Both the position numbers and the translations under genes were made by a program. The notes beneath the pieces are model-generated. The model was given only the letters and a program-made list of their open reading frames with translations. It did no database searches and was not told the DNA's origin. Shown here in pieces: positions 17,652 through 26,711 of a stretch of 48,780 bases of DNA. The stretch's first letter is position 1; the number at the start of each line of letters is the position of its first letter. Source of the DNA: an uncultured Christensenella sp. (GTDB taxonomy: Bacteria; Bacillota; Clostridia; Christensenellales; Borkfalkiaceae); NCBI GenBank assembly GCA_964642415.1, contig CAZXOQ010000001.1, positions 1 to 48,780 of the forward strand, written 5' to 3'.

Positions 17652-18535
17652 TTTGTTATTCCAGCCTTAACCATTTTATTAAAGAATATTTCACCGACGC
17701 TGTCTAAATCGGATACAAGAAGATAATCGGCGTTACGGGCTTCGCAATAACTTTTGATTTTGCCCGTAACGTAATCGCGCGCTTCTGCGTACGCCTTCAA
17801 AACCCTGCGGCTAATGTTTTTGCGGTAAGTTTTATCGAAATTTTCAGAATCGAATAAATGCATTTTACCGCGTAGTTTCGGATTTAATTCGTCCGAGGTT
17901 AGTGTTTGCACGCACAAAACTTGCCTGCGCTTAGATATAAGGTGATCTATTGCAGACTCGTATTCGTTGTCGGTTAAAAAATCGGATATAATTATAGAAA
18001 GCCCGTCGCCGTAACCGATATCTTCGTGTTTGCAAATAGCTTCGCCAATGCTGCTCTCGCCCGAAAAATCTATATCGTTTACTTTGCCGATGTTATTGAG
18101 AAAACCTTCTTTATCGGATAAATTTACGACAACGTCTTCTACCTTATTGCCATTGATTATATAGATAGAAGCTTTATCCGCCGAACAAATCGAAAGATAA
18201 GAAATGAAGGTTGCCATTCTTACAGCCTGCTCCGCCTTATACCCCATACCGAAATCCATAGAACGGCTTGCGTCTATATAAATTTTAGCATGCAAACGAC
18301 GTTCGTCTTGATAACGCTTGGTATAAAGATTTTCCGTTCGGGCGTAAGCGTTCCAATCGATTTTAGTAACGTCGTCACCGGCAACGTATTCGCGCACGTC
18401 GGCAAAATCGCACGACGAGCCGTAAGATTTACTTTTGTTGTTTCCGCCGAATAAACCGTTATAATAGTATTTAGCAATAATTTGCATAGTTTCTATTTGG
18501 TTTAAATATGCGTCGTCAATAACAATTCTTTTCAT
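17648..18535 (-). CDS. DUF58 family protein (vWA-fold partner of MoxR ATPases)
   Basis: FADVREYVAGDDVTKIDWNAYARTENLYTKRYQDERRLHAKIYIDASRSM matches the DUF58 signature (R-x-Y-x-x-GD...I-x-W...AR...D-x-S-x-SM). The gene lies directly downstream of MoxR. Confidence 0.85.
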   Translation of the reverse strand: MKRIVIDDAYLNQIETMQIIAKYYYNGLFGGNNKSKSYGSSCDFADVREYVAGDDVTKIDWNAYARTENLYTKRYQDERRLHAKIYIDASRSMDFGMGYKAEQAVRMATFISYLSICSADKASIYIINGNKVEDVVVNLSDKEGFLNNIGKVNDIDFSGESSIGEAICKHEDIGYGDGLSIIISDFLTDNEYESAIDHLISKRRQVLCVQTLTSDELNPKLRGKMHLFDSENFDKTYRKNISRRVLKAYAEARDYVTGKIKSYCEARNADYLLVSDLDSVGEIFFNKMVKAGITK

Positions 18536-18576
18536 AAAAAAATCCTTTAGAACAAAAACGTGTTTTTTTTCAATCG

Positions 18577-19569
18577 TTATCTATTCCACGTTTTTTTAGT
18601 TTCAGCTATTAACTGCGCTAATACGTCGTCAACGGATAGCTTATCGTTTATAGCAGCAAAATTAACTTTTACTCTGTGTCTTAATACGGGATAAGCCAAT
18701 GCGTCGATATCTTCGTAAGAAACGTTATAGTTTCCGTTTATAAGCGCGCGAACCTTAGCGCACGTAATAAGCGCCTGAACCGCACGGGGCGACGCGCCGT
18801 ATTTAAGATATTTCTTTGCGGTTTCAGAAGAATTCTCTAATTCGGGATGCGTATTTGTAACAAGAGTTACCGCATAATTTAACACGTCTTCTATTACCGG
18901 TAAGTCTTTGGCTATAGTACGCATTTCTAGTACGGTTGCGCCGTCTATAACGGCGGATGCGGTTTCATCCATAGTGATTTGAGTCATATTAACTATATCC
19001 GCAAGTTCGTTTTTGCTTGGGAATTTCATTATCAACTTAAGCATAAAACGGTCCATTTGCGCTTCGGGCAACGGATAAGTTCCGTCTTGCTCTATCGGGT
19101 TTTGCGTTGCAAGAACGAAAAACGGCTCCGCAAGGTTATAAGTGCATTTGGCAACGGTAACCTTATGTTCTTGCATTGCTTCGAGCATTGCCGCTTGCGT
19201 TTTAGGCGTAGCACGGTTTATTTCGTCGGCTAAAACGAGGTTGGCAAATATAGGTCCGCGTTGGAAAACGGAATTAAGTCTTCCGTTTTCGTCTTTTTCT
19301 ATAACGTTTGTTCCCGTTACGTCAGACGGCATAAGGTCGGGCGTAAACTGTATTCTAGAAAAAGGCAAATCTAACGTTTTGCCGAGCGAACGAACCAAAC
19401 GCGTTTTGCCAACGCCGGGAACGCCTTCTAACAACACGTTGCCGCCTGCAATTATAGCGATTATAACGTTTTCGACAATATCGGTTTGCCCTACGACGTC
19501 TTTACGCAGCTCTTCTTTTATTTTAGCTACCGATTGACTGAAAATTTTCACTTTTTCTTCGTTAACCAT
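18577..19569 (-). CDS. MoxR-family AAA+ ATPase (AAA_3)
   Basis: 330 aa. Walker A is LLEGVPGVGKT. Walker B and the sensor region are LVLADEINRATPKTQAAMLEAMQE. Size and C-terminal lid are typical of MoxR. No signal peptide or TM helix is present. Confidence 0.92.
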   Translation of the reverse strand: MVNEEKVKIFSQSVAKIKEELRKDVVGQTDIVENVIIAIIAGGNVLLEGVPGVGKTRLVRSLGKTLDLPFSRIQFTPDLMPSDVTGTNVIEKDENGRLNSVFQRGPIFANLVLADEINRATPKTQAAMLEAMQEHKVTVAKCTYNLAEPFFVLATQNPIEQDGTYPLPEAQMDRFMLKLIMKFPSKNELADIVNMTQITMDETASAVIDGATVLEMRTIAKDLPVIEDVLNYAVTLVTNTHPELENSSETAKKYLKYGASPRAVQALITCAKVRALINGNYNVSYEDIDALAYPVLRHRVKVNFAAINDKLSVDDVLAQLIAETKKTWNR

Positions 19570-19621
19570 TGTTAATCTCCGTTTGTTTTTTTATAGTTAT
19601 CTGATTATTATAATCGGCTTG

Positions 19622-21124
19622 TTACGCCGAAGGATTCGTATCGGTTCCGCTTAACGCGTTTATATATTTTTTTATATAACTCTTCATTTCTTCCGACAAC
19701 TCGGAATCGGAATCGTTTATTCTTTTGTATAACTCGGTCATATATTCGTTCCATATGTTGCCGTACTTCGTTTGTTCGGATTTTTCCGGATCGAAAACCA
19801 AATCGTCGCTTGCATACTGAGCTTCGTTGTCGCCGACGCTTCCGCTTTGCGACGGTTTTTCCGATTCGCTGCCGTCACCCGATTGCCCCGGCAAAACAAG
19901 CTCTTCAGGCGAAACGCTTACCCCGAAAATAGAGGATAAATTATTGCAAATAAATTCGTTTGCCATTCGGTTGTATACTTGATAATATAAAACTTTAGAT
20001 GATTCTGACAGGCAGTTTGCGCAAGCCGTGCCTACAATATCGTAAAGCGCTGACAAAGTGTGGTTTTTGTCCGCCTTGCCCAATGCTGTAGAAAACTCGC
20101 TAAGAACGTTAAAAAAATCGTCAGAAGAAACTCTTTCGTCTTCTAATCCCTGTTCCATAACGTTATTAAACGGATCGAGAAATTCCGAAATAAGCTCTAA
20201 TATTTCCGACTTAGCGGCACATTTATACGCTTCGTCCGTCAATTTATTTGTAAAAGTCGATAATTCGTTTCTTATAGCCGAATCGATTGTTTCGGCACGA
20301 TCCGTTAAATCGGAGGCGTCTAATAATTTTTTACCTTCGATTTGATAACAATTTACGGCGTTTATAATTGAATTCTTGAAACCGTCAAGCGAAGCTTCTT
20401 GGTTCAAATACAAAGCTACGTCACGATAAGTATTTGCATAAATAACGGCGGCGTCTATAGTTTTTGCCGCAGTTCTAACCAAGGTGCGCATTTCAGAAGA
20501 TTTATTTGTTTTTTTCAATTCTTCGCGAAGCGTTTCAAGGCTTTCGGTCATCACGATTTTGACGTCGTTTTTAATATTGAAGTTTTTTACGTCGGATATA
20601 ACCTGTTCAAGCGCGGCTTCATCCCACGAGCCGAAAACAAATCTATCCGGATCTGACGGCGGAACGAAACGCGACGGAATAGCCATCCCCGTAAAAAAGG
20701 TTATACAACCTAAAACGCCTATCGCGATATATTGCCATAACATTTTTATCGAAGGTCTTTTAAGTTTTAAGTTCTTTAAGGTTGCGTCGGCGTTTTCACG
20801 TTGCAAGCGGAGCATTTCCCCTTCTTGCCCGTCAAATTCGACCATCGTTTGAATTTTTTCGTTAAGACAATATTCTTTATCTAAACGCTTTGCCAAAGAC
20901 TTATTTCTTGGCATAGCAATCAAATAGGTCGCGCAAAACGCAACAACCGCCGCAATCACACCCGTTATGATATAAATATATAGCGCGACGTACAATGCGC
21001 TGAGTTTTATGATTAGCATAAGCGCGCCGATAGCGAAAAGGGCGCAAAAAACTCCGACGGCTGCGCTTTTTGCGAGCGCCGTAGTCGTGAATTTCTTTTT
21101 GAAATAATTAAAGCTTGCCAACAT
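19622..21124 (-). CDS. Hypothetical 3-TM membrane protein with ~340-aa external helical domain and acidic tail
   Basis: ATG at 21124 has AAGAGG upstream. A TM hairpin spans residues ~20-75 and a third TM helix lies near residue 125-145. I recognise no family. It is the first gene of the MoxR block. Confidence 0.7.
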   Translation of the reverse strand: MLASFNYFKKKFTTTALAKSAAVGVFCALFAIGALMLIIKLSALYVALYIYIITGVIAAVVAFCATYLIAMPRNKSLAKRLDKEYCLNEKIQTMVEFDGQEGEMLRLQRENADATLKNLKLKRPSIKMLWQYIAIGVLGCITFFTGMAIPSRFVPPSDPDRFVFGSWDEAALEQVISDVKNFNIKNDVKIVMTESLETLREELKKTNKSSEMRTLVRTAAKTIDAAVIYANTYRDVALYLNQEASLDGFKNSIINAVNCYQIEGKKLLDASDLTDRAETIDSAIRNELSTFTNKLTDEAYKCAAKSEILELISEFLDPFNNVMEQGLEDERVSSDDFFNVLSEFSTALGKADKNHTLSALYDIVGTACANCLSESSKVLYYQVYNRMANEFICNNLSSIFGVSVSPEELVLPGQSGDGSESEKPSQSGSVGDNEAQYASDDLVFDPEKSEQTKYGNIWNEYMTELYKRINDSDSELSEEMKSYIKKYINALSGTDTNPSA

Positions 21125-21151
21125 ATATTTTGCCTCTTTTTCCCGTTTAGT

Positions 21152-21181
21152 CTACGCAAAGCATAAAAATGCTTTGCGTAG
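21152..21181 (-). other. 12-bp perfect hairpin without U-tract between the GLUG lipoprotein gene and the MoxR block
   Basis: ctacgcaaagca (21152..21163) pairs with tgctttgcgtag (21170..21181) around loop taaaaa. The flanks agtctacgc and gcgagatt echo segment S1 of the mosaic repeat. On the minus strand it is followed by ACTAAACGGG, not a U-run. Confidence 0.5.
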
Positions 21182-21231
21182 CGAGATTCTCTGCGTCGTT
21201 TATCCGTTTAAGATAAACTTCTTTTTAATTT

Positions 21232-24200
21232 TTATTCTTCGATTATATATTCATCGAGAGATGTGATTACTTCTAAACTGAATTTAACGTTGGTTTCGGT
21301 ATTAACGTAAACGTCTTTTTCGTCTTTTACGTTGAAGTTAACCCTTTGAATAGAACCGTAAGCCTGATTGAATATCAAGAAATCAAATCCCGATTTGTCT
21401 TTTCTTTCATAATAACCGTAAAAATATTCGATAGAAGACGCTTCGTCACCGCTGACCTTTTGAATCGCTCTACCGTAAACGGTATTGAAACAACCGACAC
21501 CGTCAAAACTGTATTCGTCACCGAGAAGTTTATTTTCCCAAGTTCCGAACATAACGTCGGGCGTCGTTGCGAAAAGATAATCGACTTCATAGTTAAACCA
21601 ATTCAAATAGGTAGACACGACGAAAGCATTTTCAGCTACGTTTATAACGTAAAATTCTTCGGATTCGGTAACGCCTTCGCTCATAACGGAAACGGTGCAA
21701 ACCAAATACTCTCCGTCAACAAGAGTAAATACGGTATCTTTAACGACGTTAACCCCGTCAATAAGCAACGGAAGCTTACCGCTCATAGTGCCGTCTAAAT
21801 TCATAGCGCCTATTTCAAGCAATCTGCCATACGCGTAATTAAGCGCCCACTTGCCGGTAAACAAAGTTTTTTCTCTTATAACCGATTGCTCGCCGTTTAG
21901 CGTAAGATTATAATTCTTTCCGTCGGAAGTTAGAGTAATAGAACCGATAGCAGCTTCGCCGTCACCGTAAATTGTTGCAACGGAGTCTGCGCCGCCAATA
22001 GAATATTTGTATTTCTTGCTATTTGCTTTTTCAGTAACGGTAACTTCGCCATTACAGCTTAAAGCGCCTTTGCCGTCAAAGAAATATTCTTTTCCGTTTT
22101 CGTCTATAAAGGTCAAATCGCCTAATACGTCTTTTCTGACAAGAGTTTCGTCACCGATCGTGATTTTGCCAGTTTCTAAGTTATAAGTCAATTTATAACT
22201 TTGTTTATTATAGATGATCGAACCCGTCAACGTCAATTTATCTAGCGTATAATCCGCTTTTTCACCATTAATCGTTAAAGAACCTTTAAGTCCGTTGATA
22301 TTTCCGACGGTATAGCTGCCGTAACCGTTAAAGTTTACGATTTCAAATTCTGAATCACCTATCCATTCGCCCGAAAACTCGTCAACGCGATAGAAAGTAT
22401 AATCGTAATAAGAAGAAGTTATTAAATCGTAAACCTTTCCTCTTAAGCTAAGGTTATCTTTAGAATAAGAAAGCATTCCGAATACGGTATCGGAACTGTA
22501 AAGATATACGGCGTTTTCAGTCATCACGTCTTCGGTATAGGTAAGCTCGTATATCTCTTTTTGCGCGATACCCTCGTCTTCGCTTGCGAAAACGATTTTA
22601 GCACTGCCGCTGCCGTCTTTACCTATTCCGTTAAAGGTTATCGTTGCAAATTCGTCCGCGGTAATCCATTTGCCGAAATAACTTTCCTTACTGCCATAGG
22701 TATAAGAAACGTCATTTCCGGTTAACGTAAGCTTTCCGCTTTCATCGAAGCAAGCGCTAAGCCCGTTAGAAAGCTTTATGCTTTCGCCTTCGTTTACAAG
22801 CTCGTACGTGCCCTTTAAAGTTTGATTTGTTCTTCCGTTATACAACGTATAAGTGTAATTGCCGGCGCCGTCAAACACATAATATATATCAGAGAGCGCA
22901 AATATACGATATTCACCCGCGAATTTATCGATAGAGAGCATATTTTTGCCGTTAAGCTTTATAAGAGAACCGTTAGACAATTCGCCTTCAATAGCGGTAG
23001 TTTCGCCAACGATAGTCAAAAGAATTTTATTTCCGTTAACAGTATAGGTAAAATCGTCGTAATCGTTAGTCGTTCCCTTTCCGTTTGCAAAGAAGGTATA
23101 AATCAAAGCTTTATCCGATTCTTTATAATAATAGCTGCCAATAACCGCGTTAGAAGTTTTTACCGCTATAAGAGGATCGTCGTCGGTTATCATTTGAACG
23201 ACGCTGCCGCTAGCAGTATCGGTATAACGACCGCCTACGATAGATAATCCTTTATCGGTTATATCGGCTTTGAATATAAAGCTACCTTGAGCGTCTAAAT
23301 TATTTGCATAGCGGTAACGTGCGAAATTAGCATTTGTGAAAATAATATCTTTACCGTTATATTTATATACTCCGCCGTAGTTACCCGTAGGATCTTCGCA
23401 TTTAAATTCGCCGTTAGATTCAAGAGTTAAAACAACCTTTCTCATATCGCCCTCGCTAGATTGAACAAGCAAATAATAGCTATCGGCAACCTCTTTATTA
23501 TCGGCAAACCCGACGTAAAACGTTATATCGCGCGTGGGAATATATCCGAACGGAACGGCTTGAGTGCATTCTTCGTCAAAATAATACCCATATGCGGAAT
23601 ATCCGTTTTCTCCTTGAATAAGCGAGCTTTGAGGTATTCCGTTAGTTCCGTTTTCGCCTAAATTTATTAAATACCAAAAGGACATCGGTTTATATGCTTC
23701 CGATATTACTAATTCGGTGCCGTCGATATTCTCGCCGTCGTCACCTTTTACGGGAGCTGAACCGAAATCGAGTTTTAACGTAAAGGAATAATTTTCTTCG
23801 TGAACTTCGGTATCTATTACCGGATAAGCTCCGTCGGTAAAATTCCAATCGAAATCATGCCAATGGAGTTTATTTTGCTGTTCAGAAGTTTTAGTAAGGT
23901 CAATTTCTGAATTTTTGCCGTTTTCAGCGTAATAGCAATTGAAAACAGTTGCGGAGTTTGCCCCGTATTCTCCCGTAGAAGAATCGGCTGCGCTTGCCGC
24001 CGTTCCGCCCGTATGAGAATAATCCGGACCAAGTTTTGCCGCCGAACTTAAAACGCCCGTTGCAAAGCTATCGGCAACAACGCTGTCTGTTTGCGCCATT
24101 GCAACGATTCCGCCCGAATAAGCGTGACAATACATTTCTAAGTTAACCGTATCGATAATTGTTGTTTGCGCGGAAACGTTACTAGTAGAATAGCAGTTTA

Positions 24201-25335
24201 CAATGCCGGTATAGCTACACAACCAACCGACAACGCCGCCCGCATAAAACGAACCCGAAACGTTGCCCTCGGAATAACAGTTATTTACAGTGGCAACTAC
24301 GGTTTCGTCGTTAGAATAAACGTATCCGACAACACCGCCGGCAACGTAAACAGTACCCGAATTGCAGTTAACTTCTACGTTAGTATGACAATATGATACC
24401 GACGAAAAGAAAGGATAACTGTAAGAAGCAAGAAGCCCTACTAAACCGCCGGCATACGCAAAGTGAGCCGCGTCGCCGTAAATTTCTAAATTACCGTTAA
24501 TCGCATTGCAAAGCGTAACAACCGCACCGTAGCTTTGCCCTATCAAAGAACCGCAAATAAGCGTGCCGCCGTTGCTTTTAGCCGTTATGCTGAAGTTTTC
24601 AATGGTAAGATTGGTAATCGTTCCGCCGTAAAGATTATTGCTGAAATTGCCGTCATACGCCTGAACTACGCCGAACAAACCGACGTTGTTGCTGTTTGAA
24701 GAGTTGATAACGAAATTGGAAATAGTATTGCCTTTTCCGTTAAAAACACCGGCAAAACAAGCGGTGTCGTTGTTGCCGTCACCGATAATCTGAATTTCTT
24801 CGCCACGGAAATCAAGCGAATTTTCAAGCGTGAAATAAGAGGTGTTACCCGTACCGGCTTTGCCGCTGTTTATTTGTTCCGCAAGAAAGATTAGATCTAT
24901 AGGCTCTTGAATTAGGTAAGGAGTTTCTTCCGTTCCGTTACCCGAAGAAGCAAGCTTAGATTCCGCTTTTGCAATGCCCGATACCGATACGACTAAATCT
25001 CTTGAAACGTTGCTTATCGTTACGGAATAAACGCCTTCTTCTTCGTCATAAGATACGCTTCTTTCTCTTTCGTTAACGGTAACAATAGGCAATTCATCTT
25101 CCGCTTTATAGAAAACACTCAGTTCAAAGGATATAGCCACTCTTTCTCCCGTTTTGGCGGAAGTAGGATTATCTTTAGAATATTTGACGCCTTCTACCTC
25201 TTCGTAAGTAACGGAATAAGTTTTGGCTTCAGGATTAACGTCGGGCGGCGTTTCTTTTTCGCATGCGCTAAATACACCGACCGCCGAGAATGCGACAAAT
25301 AAACAAGATAAAATAATTAACAGTTTCTTTTTCAT
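21232..25335 (-). CDS. Giant surface lipoprotein (1367 aa) with GLUG-motif region and C-terminal array of repeated beta-rich units
   Basis: The lipobox is VGVFSAC. Residues ~125-470 read GNGTEETPYLI...FAGVFNGKGNTISNF...NVGLFGVV, then repeated YAGGLVGLL, VAGGVVGYV, YAGGVVGWL and YSGGIVAMA (GLUG-type). A Listeria-Bacteroides-repeat-like patch is present (GYYFDEECTQAV...ITFYVGF). It is followed by at least 6 units of the form [FV]xG[KET][WY]...[FL]x[FL][DN]GxG. Confidence 0.85.
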   Translation of the reverse strand: MKKKLLIILSCLFVAFSAVGVFSACEKETPPDVNPEAKTYSVTYEEVEGVKYSKDNPTSAKTGERVAISFELSVFYKAEDELPIVTVNERERSVSYDEEEGVYSVTISNVSRDLVVSVSGIAKAESKLASSGNGTEETPYLIQEPIDLIFLAEQINSGKAGTGNTSYFTLENSLDFRGEEIQIIGDGNNDTACFAGVFNGKGNTISNFVINSSNSNNVGLFGVVQAYDGNFSNNLYGGTITNLTIENFSITAKSNGGTLICGSLIGQSYGAVVTLCNAINGNLEIYGDAAHFAYAGGLVGLLASYSYPFFSSVSYCHTNVEVNCNSGTVYVAGGVVGYVYSNDETVVATVNNCYSEGNVSGSFYAGGVVGWLCSYTGIVNCYSTSNVSAQTTIIDTVNLEMYCHAYSGGIVAMAQTDSVVADSFATGVLSSAAKLGPDYSHTGGTAASAADSSTGEYGANSATVFNCYYAENGKNSEIDLTKTSEQQNKLHWHDFDWNFTDGAYPVIDTEVHEENYSFTLKLDFGSAPVKGDDGENIDGTELVISEAYKPMSFWYLINLGENGTNGIPQSSLIQGENGYSAYGYYFDEECTQAVPFGYIPTRDITFYVGFADNKEVADSYYLLVQSSEGDMRKVVLTLESNGEFKCEDPTGNYGGVYKYNGKDIIFTNANFARYRYANNLDAQGSFIFKADITDKGLSIVGGRYTDTASGSVVQMITDDDPLIAVKTSNAVIGSYYYKESDKALIYTFFANGKGTTNDYDDFTYTVNGNKILLTIVGETTAIEGELSNGSLIKLNGKNMLSIDKFAGEYRIFALSDIYYVFDGAGNYTYTLYNGRTNQTLKGTYELVNEGESIKLSNGLSACFDESGKLTLTGNDVSYTYGSKESYFGKWITADEFATITFNGIGKDGSGSAKIVFASEDEGIAQKEIYELTYTEDVMTENAVYLYSSDTVFGMLSYSKDNLSLRGKVYDLITSSYYDYTFYRVDEFSGEWIGDSEFEIVNFNGYGSYTVGNINGLKGSLTINGEKADYTLDKLTLTGSIIYNKQSYKLTYNLETGKITIGDETLVRKDVLGDLTFIDENGKEYFFDGKGALSCNGEVTVTEKANSKKYKYSIGGADSVATIYGDGEAAIGSITLTSDGKNYNLTLNGEQSVIREKTLFTGKWALNYAYGRLLEIGAMNLDGTMSGKLPLLIDGVNVVKDTVFTLVDGEYLVCTVSVMSEGVTESEEFYVINVAENAFVVSTYLNWFNYEVDYLFATTPDVMFGTWENKLLGDEYSFDGVGCFNTVYGRAIQKVSGDEASSIEYFYGYYERKDKSGFDFLIFNQAYGSIQRVNFNVKDEKDVYVNTETNVKFSLEVITSLDEYIIEE

Positions 25336-25354
25336 TTCGTTCTCCGTAAGATTA

Positions 25355-25609
25355 TTAAATCAACCATAAATACGCAAGCAAAAAAATTATGCAAAGGGCT
25401 AACACCACGCAACCGATAAACGGCAACATTGCAAGGTAAGCGCCTCTGATCATAGCGCGTTTTTCTTTTTTTGTAAGATCTACGCGTTTTTTTTGATTGG
25501 CTTCCGTATTATTATTTTTTTTGCTAGGATCGTACCATCTAAACCCCTCTACGTTCATATCGGCGAAAGTTGTTTGGGTATCGATCTCATCTTTTTTACG
25601 CTTTGCCAC
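25355..25609 (-). CDS. Small (84 aa) basic protein with C-terminal TM helix, unknown function
   Basis: GTG start at 25609 has AAGGAAG upstream and lies 4 nt after the oppF stop. The N-terminal ~55 aa are Lys/Asn-rich. The C-terminus is YLAMLPFIGCVVLALCIIFLLAYLWLI. Confidence 0.55.
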   Translation of the reverse strand: MAKRKKDEIDTQTTFADMNVEGFRWYDPSKKNNNTEANQKKRVDLTKKEKRAMIRGAYLAMLPFIGCVVLALCIIFLLAYLWLI

Positions 25610-25613
25610 TGCG

Positions 25614-26711
25614 TTATACTTCCTTATCGTTAGAATCAGCCGTAGTTTCGGCTATTGCGGCTTCTTTATCTAAACGGGCATACTCGGCTTTTTGCTCTTC
25701 GGTATCGTAAAGGTGACAAGCGCAAAAATGCCCCGACGTAACCTCTCTGTATTGAGGCACGTATTTTTTGCACACCTCCATACAACTGCCGCAACGTGTA
25801 TGAAATCTACAGCCTTTAGGCGGATTTACGGGTGAAGGAATATCTCCTTCTAAAACTATTCTGTTCATCTTTACGTGCGGATCGGGCACGGGAACAGCCG
25901 AAAACAACGCCTTTGTATAAGGATGCAAAGTGTTTTCAAATATCTCTTTTTTAGAAGCGAATTCAACCATATTACCGAGATACATAACGCCGATATCGTC
26001 TGAAATATGCTTAACGACGGATAAATCGTGCGTTATAAAAACGTAAGCAAGTCCGAGTTTTTTTTGTAAATCTTTAAGCATATTTATTACTTGCGCCTGA
26101 ATAGACACGTCAAGCGCCGAAACGGGTTCGTCGCAAATGACAAGTTCGGGATTAAGCGCAAGCGCTCTCGCAATGCAAATTCTTTGACGCTGACCGCCTG
26201 AAAACTCGTGCGGATAGCGGTCGAAATAATGCGGTTGCAAACCACACATTTCCATTATTCCGAGAACGTATTCGCGATAATGTTCTTTATCTACGATTTT
26301 ATGCGCGAGCGCGGCTTCACCGATAATAGAACCAACGGTCATACGCGGCGAAAGGCTTGCATACGGATCTTGAAATATCATTTGCATTTTAGGACGGAGT
26401 TTTTCAAATTCGGAATCGGGTATTTTAGAAACTTCTTTACCCTTAAACCAAATTTCGCCGTCGGTAATATCGTAAAGGCGTAAAAGAGTGCGCCCCATAG
26501 TAGTTTTGCCGCAGCCCGATTCACCGACTATTCCGAGCGTTTTGCCCTTTTCGAGCGTAAACGAAACGTCGTCTACCGCTCTCAAATATTTAAGCGGTTT
26601 GCCGAAAAAACTTTTTTCTGCGACAAAATATTTTTTAAGGTTTTTAACCTCTAAAAGAGGCGAATTATTTTCTTCCGCAACGGACGCGTTTTCGCGTTTA
26701 TTATCGGTCAT
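25614..26711 (-). CDS. oppF: Oligopeptide/dipeptide ABC transporter ATP-binding protein (OppF-type)
   Basis: I prefer ATG at 26711 (MTDNKRE...), which has AAGGAGG upstream and overlaps oppD by 11 nt. The ORF-track start at 26750 is a TTG. Walker A is GESGCGKTT, the signature is FSGGQRQR, and Walker B is LVICDEPVSALD. The C-terminal oligo_HPY-type region is Cys-rich (CRFHTRCGSCMEVC...CACH). Confidence 0.85.
   Translation of the reverse strand: MTDNKRENASVAEENNSPLLEVKNLKKYFVAEKSFFGKPLKYLRAVDDVSFTLEKGKTLGIVGESGCGKTTMGRTLLRLYDITDGEIWFKGKEVSKIPDSEFEKLRPKMQMIFQDPYASLSPRMTVGSIIGEAALAHKIVDKEHYREYVLGIMEMCGLQPHYFDRYPHEFSGGQRQRICIARALALNPELVICDEPVSALDVSIQAQVINMLKDLQKKLGLAYVFITHDLSVVKHISDDIGVMYLGNMVEFASKKEIFENTLHPYTKALFSAVPVPDPHVKMNRIVLEGDIPSPVNPPKGCRFHTRCGSCMEVCKKYVPQYREVTSGHFCACHLYDTEEQKAEYARLDKEAAIAETTADSNDKEV

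Noticed and set aside
19570-19621. TATAAT hexamer (minus strand) in the 52-nt gap upstream of moxR as an internal promoter
   Set aside because: No acceptable -35 element lies at 16-18 nt spacing; the upstream sequence reads AATCCT/TTCGGC. An isolated TATAAT in AT-rich spacer is expected by chance.
13067-21124. MoxR AAA+ / vWA block as an anti-phage defence or toxin system
   Set aside because: No nuclease, protease-effector, TIR/SIR2, methylase or other defence-associated domain is present. The architecture matches housekeeping Bat-type modules, and the neighbouring genes encode surface and transport proteins.
21346-21798. Other plus-strand ORFs of 90-185 aa, for example 21346..21798, 28690..29142, 31113..31586 and 48123..48680
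   Set aside because: All lie antisense within long, well-supported minus-strand genes. They lack RBSs and have Arg/Phe/Ile-rich composition typical of antisense translation of AT-rich coding DNA.
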